The position numbers were made by a program, and so were the translations under genes. A DNA stretch of 64,000 bases from Candidatus Limnocylindrales bacterium (lineage in GTDB: Bacteria; Chloroflexota; Dormibacteria; Dormibacterales; Dormibacteraceae): assembly GCA_035473355.1 (NCBI GenBank), contig DATIOJ010000126.1, positions 4,823 to 68,822 on the forward strand, in the 5' to 3' direction. Below the pieces are notes generated by a model. The model saw nothing but the letters and a program-made list of their open reading frames with translations, was not told the origin of the DNA and ran no database searches. How positions within the stretch are numbered: the stretch's first letter is position 1; each line of letters begins with the position of its first letter. Shown in pieces: positions 57,559 through 64,000 of this stretch.

Positions 57559-58845
57559 GTGAGCGTCCGGCATCAGACGACCGAGGCCGAGCTCGCCGAG
57601 CTGCGCGCCAGGTACGTTCCGCGCGGCATCACCAGCTCCCACCCGATCACCGCCGATCGCGCCCGCGGATCCGAGCTGTGGGACGTCAGCGGCAATCGCT
57701 ACATCGACTTCGCGGGCGGCATCGGCGTCATGAACGTCGGCCATGCGCATCCGCGCGTCATGCGGGCCGTGCAGGAGCAGCTGGAGAAGGCGACCCACAC
57801 CTCGTTCCAGGTCGTCCACTACGAGTCCTACCTCCGCCTGGCCGAGCGCTTGTGCGAGGTGGCCCCGATCGACGGACCGAAGAAGGCGATCTTCTTCTCG
57901 ACCGGCGCCGAAGCGATCGAGAACGCCGTGAAGATCGCCCGCGCTGCCACCAGGCGGCCAGCGGTGATCAGCTTTCGCGGCGCGTTCCACGGCCGCACGC
58001 TGCTTGCGCTCACGCTGACCGGCAGCGTCCAGCCCTACAAGCAGGACTTCGGGCCCTACGCCGCCGAGGTCTATCAGACGCCATTTCCCTACGCCTACAG
58101 GGGCTGGAACACCGAGGCGGCACTCGCCGACCTGAGCAACCTGCTCGAGTCAGAGGTCGGTCCCAAGCGTGTGGCCGCGATCGTCATCGAGCCGGTGCTG
58201 GGCGAGGGCGGCTTCGTGCCGGCGCCGCTCGACTTCATGCTGCGGCTCCGCGAGCTGACGCAGCGTCACGGCATCCTCCTGATCGCCGACGAGATCCAGA
58301 CCGGTTTCGGCCGGACGGGCAAGTTCTTCGCGATCGAGCACTCAGGCGTGCAGCCAGACCTGATCACGGTTGCCAAGAGCCTCGCGGCCGGATTCCCGCT
58401 GTCGGGTGTGGTCGGGCGGGCGGAGGTGATGGACGCCCCGGACCCGGGCGGTCTCGGCGGCACGTATGGGGGCAACCCTGTCGCCTGCGCCGCTGGGCTG
58501 GCGGTGATGGACATCATGCGCGACGAAAAGCTGCCGGAGCGCGCGGCGCGGATCGGCTCGGTGATCGAGGAACGGATGGACAGCTGGGCCAGGGACCACG
58601 AGCTGATCGGCGACGTGAGGGTCGTCGGCGCGATGGCGGGGATGGAGCTCGTCCGCGATCGGAAGACGAAGGAGCCGGCGGACAAGGAAACGGCCAGGGT
58701 GCTGGCCGCGGCACGCGAGAAGGGACTCATCATCCTGCGCTGCGGCGTGCACCACAACGTGATCCGCACGCTGATGCCGTTGACGATTCCAGACGATCAG
58801 CTGGAGGAAGGGCTGGACATACTCGGCGCCTCGCTCGGCGCTTAA
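57559..58845 (+). CDS. gabT: 4-aminobutyrate--2-oxoglutarate transaminase
   Basis: As I recall E. coli GabT, it aligns closely along the whole length (...YIDFAGGIGV.N.GH.HP.V..AV..QL.K..HT.FQV..YE.Y..LAE... and ...GGLGGTYGGNP.AC...). GTG start. Confidence 0.9.
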   Translation: MSVRHQTTEAELAELRARYVPRGITSSHPITADRARGSELWDVSGNRYIDFAGGIGVMNVGHAHPRVMRAVQEQLEKATHTSFQVVHYESYLRLAERLCEVAPIDGPKKAIFFSTGAEAIENAVKIARAATRRPAVISFRGAFHGRTLLALTLTGSVQPYKQDFGPYAAEVYQTPFPYAYRGWNTEAALADLSNLLESEVGPKRVAAIVIEPVLGEGGFVPAPLDFMLRLRELTQRHGILLIADEIQTGFGRTGKFFAIEHSGVQPDLITVAKSLAAGFPLSGVVGRAEVMDAPDPGGLGGTYGGNPVACAAGLAVMDIMRDEKLPERAARIGSVIEERMDSWARDHELIGDVRVVGAMAGMELVRDRKTKEPADKETARVLAAAREKGLIILRCGVHHNVIRTLMPLTIPDDQLEEGLDILGASLGA

Positions 58846-58857
58846 GGGAGAGATCAG

Positions 58858-60303
58858 ATGAGCACGACGCTGCGACGTCACGAGATGTTCATAGGTGGCG
58901 AGTGGACGCCAGGTGATGGCGGCGACGTGCAGGAGGTCGTCAACCCGGCCACCGGCAAGGTGATCGCCCACGTTCCGAGGGGGACCGCCCAGGACGTCGA
59001 CCGAGCCGTGGCAGCCGCCCGCAAGGCATTCGACGGAGGCTGGTCCGATACGACGCCTCGCGACCGAAGCGAAAGGCTGCTGAAGCTCGCGCAGGCGATC
59101 GAGGAGCACGGCGACGAGCTCGCCCGCCTCGAGTCGGAGAACGTAGGCAAGCCCCTGTCGCCCACGAAGTCAGAGGAGATCCCGCCCATCGTCGACTGCT
59201 TTCGCTTCTTCGCCGGCGCGGCGCGGGCGCTGGAGGGCCGCGCGACGGGCGAATACATGCAGGGATTCACGAGCATGCTGCGGCGCGAGCCGATCGGCGT
59301 GGTCGGGTCGATCGCGCCGTGGAACTACCCGCTGATGATGGCGACGTGGAAGATCGGCCCCGCCCTCGCGGCCGGAAACACCATCGTGCTCAAGCCATCG
59401 GAGTGGACCCCGCTCACTGCGCTGAAGCTCGCCGAGCTGGCGGCGGACATCTTTCCCGCTGGAGTCTTCAACGTCATCACCGGCGACGGCGAGCCTGTTG
59501 GCGCAGGCATCGTGCGCCACCCGGGCGTGTCGATGGTCTCCCTCACCGGCGACGTGGCGACGGGCAAGGAGGTGGCGAGGGCAGCGGCGTCGACCCTCAA
59601 GCGCGTGCACCTCGAGCTGGGCGGAAAGGCGCCGGTCATCGTGTTCGACGACGCCGACCTCGAAAAGGTGGTCGAGTGGATCAGGATCGGCGGCTACTTC
59701 AACGCCGGCCAGGACTGCACCGCGGCGACCCGCGTCATCGCCGGACCGCAGATCGAGGAGAAGCTCCTCGCGGATCTCGTCCCGGCCATCAAGAGCCTCA
59801 AGGTCGGCGACCCGATGGCCGACGACACGGAGATGGGACCGCTGGTGTCGGAGGAGCAGCTGGCGCGCGTCTCCGGCTTCGTCGACCGCGCCCGCAAGGA
59901 AGGCGCCCAGGTGCTCACCGGAGGCGCCCGCCTGAAGAAGGCCGGCTCCTGGTACGAACCGACGGTGGTCGTGCCCTCAGGCCCGGACGCCGAGATCGTG
60001 AAGAAGGAAGTCTTCGGTCCCGTCGTGACCGTCCAGCGCTTCAGCGACGAAGAGCAGGCGCTGCAGTGGGCCAACGGTGTCGACTACGGACTTGCCTCGT
60101 CGGTGTGGACGCGCGATGTCGGGCGCGCGCTGCGCATGGCGCGCAAGCTGCAGTTCGGCACGGTGTGGATCAACACGCACATTCCGCTCGTCAACGAGAT
60201 GCCGCACGGTGGCTACAAGCAGAGCGGATACGGAAAGGACATGTCCATCTACTCGCTGGAGGAGTACACACAGATCAAACACGTGATGGCGTCGCTTGAC
60301 TGA
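58858..60303 (+). CDS. patD: Gamma-aminobutyraldehyde dehydrogenase-like aldehyde dehydrogenase
   Basis: [53 protein letters not shown]..., [15 protein letters not shown] and catalytic Cys in GQDCTAA. This closely resembles E. coli PatD/YdcW as I recall it. Confidence 0.85.
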   Translation: MSTTLRRHEMFIGGEWTPGDGGDVQEVVNPATGKVIAHVPRGTAQDVDRAVAAARKAFDGGWSDTTPRDRSERLLKLAQAIEEHGDELARLESENVGKPLSPTKSEEIPPIVDCFRFFAGAARALEGRATGEYMQGFTSMLRREPIGVVGSIAPWNYPLMMATWKIGPALAAGNTIVLKPSEWTPLTALKLAELAADIFPAGVFNVITGDGEPVGAGIVRHPGVSMVSLTGDVATGKEVARAAASTLKRVHLELGGKAPVIVFDDADLEKVVEWIRIGGYFNAGQDCTAATRVIAGPQIEEKLLADLVPAIKSLKVGDPMADDTEMGPLVSEEQLARVSGFVDRARKEGAQVLTGGARLKKAGSWYEPTVVVPSGPDAEIVKKEVFGPVVTVQRFSDEEQALQWANGVDYGLASSVWTRDVGRALRMARKLQFGTVWINTHIPLVNEMPHGGYKQSGYGKDMSIYSLEEYTQIKHVMASLD

Positions 60304-60309
60304 TCTCTG

Positions 60310-61317
60310 ATGACGGAAGCGGCGCTGCGCCTGCAAGGCGTCCGCAAGAACTACGGCCAGGTCGTCGCGGTGGCCGGGGTCGACCTGGTGGTCGATCAGG
60401 GCGAGTTCTTCACGCTGCTCGGGCCGTCCGGCTCCGGCAAGACGACGCTGCTGCGTCTGATCGCGGGCTTCGAGCGACCCGACGCCGGCCGCATCGAGCT
60501 GGGCGGCCGCGATGTGACCCACCTGCCGCCTTACGCACGCCAGACCAACACCGTGTTCCAGGACTACGCGCTGTTCCCGCACATGACCGTGGGCCAGAAC
60601 ATCGAGTACGGCCTGCGCATCAAGCGCGTCCCGGCCGCGGAGCGGCGCAAGCGCGTCGAGCGCGCGCTCAACATGGTCCGTCTCAGCGGGCTCGCCGGCC
60701 GCCGGCCGAACCAGCTTTCGGGCGGCCAGCGGCAGCGCGTCGCCCTGGCTCGCGCCGTGATCAACGAGCCCGAGGTCCTGCTGCTGGACGAGCCTCTGGG
60801 AGCCCTCGACCTGAAGCTGCGACAGGAGATGCAGATCGAGCTGAAGCAGATCCAGCAGGAGGTTGGGATCACCTTCGTCTACGTCACCCACGACCAGGAA
60901 GAGGCGCTGACCATGAGTGACCGAATGGCGGTCATGGCGAACGGACAGATCGAGCAGATCGGCCCACCGGTCGAGGTGTACGAGCGACCGGCCACCGAGT
61001 TCGTGGCGGGATTCATCGGCATCTCCAACGTCCTCGTGCGCGATGGCGTCCGGTTCGTCGTGCGCCCGGAGAAGATCCGGATGGTGGCGGAAGGAGAGGA
61101 GCCAGACCCCGGCATGACGGTGGAGCCAGGCCGGGTCGAGGAGGTCATCTACGTTGGCATGGCGACTCGCTACGTGGTCCATCTAGATCGCGGCGAGCAA
61201 CTCGTGGCGGTACGTCAGAATATGGACGCTCGTGGCGACGCCCAGAAGTTCGAAGGTCGGCCAGTGAGGCTGGCCTGGACGCCGGATGACACGTACGTGC
61301 TCGAAAAGGGGAGGTAG
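60310..61317 (+). CDS. Spermidine/putrescine-type ABC transporter ATP-binding protein (PotA/YdcT-like)
   Basis: GPSGSGKTT, LSGGQRQRVALARA, LLLDEPLGALD and a C-terminal TOBE-like tail. Confidence 0.9.
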   Translation: MTEAALRLQGVRKNYGQVVAVAGVDLVVDQGEFFTLLGPSGSGKTTLLRLIAGFERPDAGRIELGGRDVTHLPPYARQTNTVFQDYALFPHMTVGQNIEYGLRIKRVPAAERRKRVERALNMVRLSGLAGRRPNQLSGGQRQRVALARAVINEPEVLLLDEPLGALDLKLRQEMQIELKQIQQEVGITFVYVTHDQEEALTMSDRMAVMANGQIEQIGPPVEVYERPATEFVAGFIGISNVLVRDGVRFVVRPEKIRMVAEGEEPDPGMTVEPGRVEEVIYVGMATRYVVHLDRGEQLVAVRQNMDARGDAQKFEGRPVRLAWTPDDTYVLEKGR

Positions 61318-61324
61318 GAAGTCG

Positions 61325-62497
61325 ATGAAGCTCGGAGCTCTGGCAGCGGTCTCGATGCTGCTGCTCGTCGCATGCGGATCGAGCAACACCAACACAGGCG
61401 CTACGACGCAGCAGCCGCCGACCGCCAACGTGAAGCCGCAGCAATCGATCGGAGCCGGCGAGGGCCAGCTCAACCTGGTGCTGTGGGACGGCTACGCCGA
61501 CAAGTCGTGGGCGGATCCGTTCACCCAGCAGACGGGATGCAAGCTCAACCTGCACCCGGCAGGCTCATCCGACGAGATGGTGAGCTTGATGAAGGACGGT
61601 GGCGGCGGCCAGTGGGACATGGTGTCCGCCTCCGGTGACGCCGACCTCCGCCTGATCTACGGCGGCGACGTCAAACCGATGAACACCGCGCTGATCCCGG
61701 ACTGGCAGAACTTCCAGAACTACTTCAAGAACCCGCCCTACAACACGATCAACGGAGTTCACTACGGCATCTCGCTCCAGTGGGGGCCGAACACGCTTCT
61801 CTACAACACCAAGAAGTTTCCCAACAAGCCGACCAGCTGGCAGGTCATCTACGACCCCGCCAACAAGGGTCTGATCACGGTCCCGGACAACCCGATCCAG
61901 ATCGCCGACGCGGCGCTGTACCTCAGCAAGACGCAGGCCAGCCTCGGCATCAAGGACCCCTACGAGCTGACCCAGAAGCAGTTCGACGCCGCCGTCAAGC
62001 TGCTGAAGGACCAGCAGCCGCTCATCAAGCACTACTGGGCCCTGGCGACGGACGAGATCAACCTCTTCCAGAGCGGTGACGTCGTCGTCGGCGCCGCCTG
62101 GCCGTACCAGACGATCCAGCTCAAGGCCGCCGGCGCGCCCGTGGACGACACCATCCCGACCGAGGGCGCGACCGGATGGGCCGACACGTGGATGCTCGCC
62201 AACAAGGCGCCCCACCCCAACTGCGCGTACATGTGGACCAAATGGGTAAGCACGAAGCAGGTGCAGGCGGAGCAGGCGCTGTCGTTCGGCGAAACCCCGG
62301 TGAACAGCCAGGCTTGTGCCGAGATGGAAGCGCTGCAGGCAGGGTCTTGCGCGCAGTACCACGCCGACCAGACGTCGGCCGCCTACTTCAGCACGATCTC
62401 GTTCTGGAAGACGCCGCTCGCCACCTGCGACGACGGCAGCCAGAACTGCGTGCCTTACGCGCAGTGGGTGTCGGCCTGGACCACGATCAAGGGCTAA
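61325..62497 (+). CDS. Extracellular solute-binding lipoprotein (PotD/PotF/YdcS-like)
   Basis: MKLGALAAVSMLLLVACGSS is the lipobox. GGGGAGG precedes ATG 61325. It has the polyamine-SBP style ...LNLVLWDGYAD.... Confidence 0.85.
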   Translation: MKLGALAAVSMLLLVACGSSNTNTGATTQQPPTANVKPQQSIGAGEGQLNLVLWDGYADKSWADPFTQQTGCKLNLHPAGSSDEMVSLMKDGGGGQWDMVSASGDADLRLIYGGDVKPMNTALIPDWQNFQNYFKNPPYNTINGVHYGISLQWGPNTLLYNTKKFPNKPTSWQVIYDPANKGLITVPDNPIQIADAALYLSKTQASLGIKDPYELTQKQFDAAVKLLKDQQPLIKHYWALATDEINLFQSGDVVVGAAWPYQTIQLKAAGAPVDDTIPTEGATGWADTWMLANKAPHPNCAYMWTKWVSTKQVQAEQALSFGETPVNSQACAEMEALQAGSCAQYHADQTSAAYFSTISFWKTPLATCDDGSQNCVPYAQWVSAWTTIKG

Positions 62498-62524
62498 CTT
62501 TCCTTGGCCGTAGAAACAGTTAGG

Positions 62525-62561
62525 CGGCCTCGCCCCAAGGGGGGCGGGGCCGTCCCGTTTT
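62525..62561 (+). terminator. Strong GC hairpin plus T-run after the binding-protein gene (intra-operon attenuator/stabiliser or terminator)
   Basis: CGGCCTCGCCCC-AAGG-GGGGCGGGGCCG forms a 12-bp stem with one G:U pair. It is followed by TCCCGTTTT. Confidence 0.55.
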
Positions 62562-62566
62562 CAGGG

Positions 62567-63418
62567 TTGATCTGGAGGCTTCCCTGGCTTCGGCCGCTGC
62601 TTCTCCTGACTCCGCCGCTGGCCTGGTTCGTGGCGATCTATCTCGCGTCCCTCGGCCTGCTGCTCATCACAGCCTTCTGGACCATCAACCCGTTCACGAC
62701 CCAGATCGTCCAGCAGTGGAACCTCGACAACTTCCGAATCATCGTGACCGAGTCCGTCTACTGGTCGATCATCGGCCGCACCGTCCTCATCGCCGCGCTA
62801 GTGACGATCACGGACGCCGTCCTGGCGTTTCCATTCGCCTACTACATGGCGCGCGTGGCGTCGCGTCGCGTTCAGACGCTTCTGTTCGCGGCGGTGCTGC
62901 TGCCCCTGTGGGCGAGCTACCTCGCCCGCGTGTACGCGTGGATCCTCATCCTCAACCACAGCGGGGTTCTGAACTGGAGCCTGCAGTCGATCGGCCTACC
63001 GCCGGCTAACCTCGGATACACCAACACGGCGATGTGGATCGTCTTCTCCTACATATGGCTGCCGTTCATGATCATCCCGGTCTACGCCGCCCTCGAGCGC
63101 GTGCCCGACTCGCTGCTCGAAGCCGCGGCGGACCTGGGCGCGCGGCGGTGGCGCGCGGTGCGCGATGTCGTGGTTCCCCTCGTCCTGCCGGGGATCGTCG
63201 CGGGATCGATCTTCACGTTCTCGCTCACGCTCGGCGACTACATCACGCCGATCCTGGTCGGCGGCGCGAGCTCGAACTTCATTGGCAACGTGGTCTACGC
63301 GAACATCGGGATCGCGAACAACATCCCGTTTGCGGCCGCCCTGACGATGGTGCCGGTTGCCATCATGGCCGTGTACCTGACCATCGCCTATCGCCTGGGC
63401 GCGTTCGAGGCGCTCTAG
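62567..63418 (+). CDS. ABC transporter permease (PotB/YdcU-like)
   Basis: 6 TM helices with the EAA-type loop ...ALERVPDSLLEAAADLGARRWRAVRDVVVPL. I prefer TTG 62567, downstream of the hairpin, over the ORF-table TTG 62504. Confidence 0.78.
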   Translation: MIWRLPWLRPLLLLTPPLAWFVAIYLASLGLLLITAFWTINPFTTQIVQQWNLDNFRIIVTESVYWSIIGRTVLIAALVTITDAVLAFPFAYYMARVASRRVQTLLFAAVLLPLWASYLARVYAWILILNHSGVLNWSLQSIGLPPANLGYTNTAMWIVFSYIWLPFMIIPVYAALERVPDSLLEAAADLGARRWRAVRDVVVPLVLPGIVAGSIFTFSLTLGDYITPILVGGASSNFIGNVVYANIGIANNIPFAAALTMVPVAIMAVYLTIAYRLGAFEAL

Positions 63419-63421
63419 GGG

Positions 63422-64000
63422 ATGGAGGGTCTGTGGACGCGGATCGCGCTGCGCATCTGGGCCGTCCTGATCCTGCTCTTCCTGTTCATTCCGATCCTGC
63501 TGATCTTCTTCTACGCGTTCAACACGTCGAACATCGAGAGCTGGCCGATCCCTGGCCTGACGCTGAAATGGTTCAGCGCCACGTGGAATGACGACAACGT
63601 GCGGGCGGCGCTGCTGGTGTCCCTCCAGGCCGGCCTGCTGGCGACCGCGATCGCACTCGTCCTCGGCTCCTGCGCGGCTTTTGCGATCCACAGGTCGAAG
63701 TTCTTCGGGCGCGAGGTCGTCAGCCTCCTCTTCATCCTGCCGCTCGCCCTGCCCGGGATCATCACTGGGATCGCGCTCAACGCATTCTTCAGCTTCAACA
63801 ACATCGCGCTTTCGCTGGCGACGATCGTCGTCGGCCACACGACGTTCTGCATCGTGGTCGTCTACAACAACGTGCTGGCCCGACTCCGGCGCACGCAGGG
63901 ATCGCTGATCGAGGCCGCCATGGATCTGGGCGCCAACGGTTTCCAGGTGTTCCGCGACATCACGCTGCCGCTCATCTCAACCGCGGTCGTCGCCGGATCG
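63422..64000 (+). CDS. ABC transporter permease (PotC/YdcV-like), 3' end outside window
   Basis: Read by hand and absent from the ORF table because there is no stop in the window. Sequence: MEGLWTRIALRIWAVLILLFLFIPILLIFFYAFN...LIEAAMDLGANGFQVFRDITLPL. Confidence 0.8.
   Translation, partial: MEGLWTRIALRIWAVLILLFLFIPILLIFFYAFNTSNIESWPIPGLTLKWFSATWNDDNVRAALLVSLQAGLLATAIALVLGSCAAFAIHRSKFFGREVVSLLFILPLALPGIITGIALNAFFSFNNIALSLATIVVGHTTFCIVVVYNNVLARLRRTQGSLIEAAMDLGANGFQVFRDITLPLISTAVVAGS

Overview
This is a GC-rich, densely coding bacterial chromosomal segment with G/C-dominated third codon positions. I call about 65 protein genes on both strands and two tRNAs (Pro-GGG, Ala-GGC). I found no integrase, transposase, CRISPR array, prophage block or recognisable defence cassette, so it reads as core or metabolic chromosome rather than an accessory island. 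Main content in order:
- Two ABC-2 exporter modules, one behind an ArsR-SRPBCC regulator and one in a tight XRE-membrane-ATPase-permease operon.
- A CPBP protease/membrane pair with a divergent MarR.
- The stress membrane proteins HdeD and BI-1.
- A secreted PAP2/vanadium-haloperoxidase-like protein.
- A solo endonuclease VII gene beside tRNA-Pro, then a long-form Lhr helicase.
- A Clp-N/UVR protein coupled to a membrane protein, then CcdA, PepF and AzlCD.
- A secreted glycine-rich protein.
- A gamma-glutamylation amine-catabolic cluster (GS-like, PuuD-like, APC permease, SDR, RpiR).
- A form I aerobic CO dehydrogenase coxMSL locus with an XdhC-YHS fusion.
- A transaminase / PaaK-like ligase / membrane triad.
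- A TetR-AraC-RidA block.
- A class III adenylate cyclase with a large unassigned N-terminal region.
- Acs and a penicillin-acylase family protein.
- A DMGDH-like oxidase and a choline/ethanolamine-kinase-like protein.
- A gabT-patD-ydcTSUV-like putrescine module that runs off the 3' edge.

The best novelty candidates are modest:
- the XdhC-YHS fusion as the only maturation gene next to a Mo-Cu CODH
- the cyclase N-terminal module
- the glycine-rich exported protein
- the tRNA-adjacent endonuclease VII
- the Clp-N/UVR-membrane pair

Many long six-frame ORFs are antisense shadow ORFs typical of high-GC DNA and were rejected. All functional calls come from motif recognition by eye. No database search was run.
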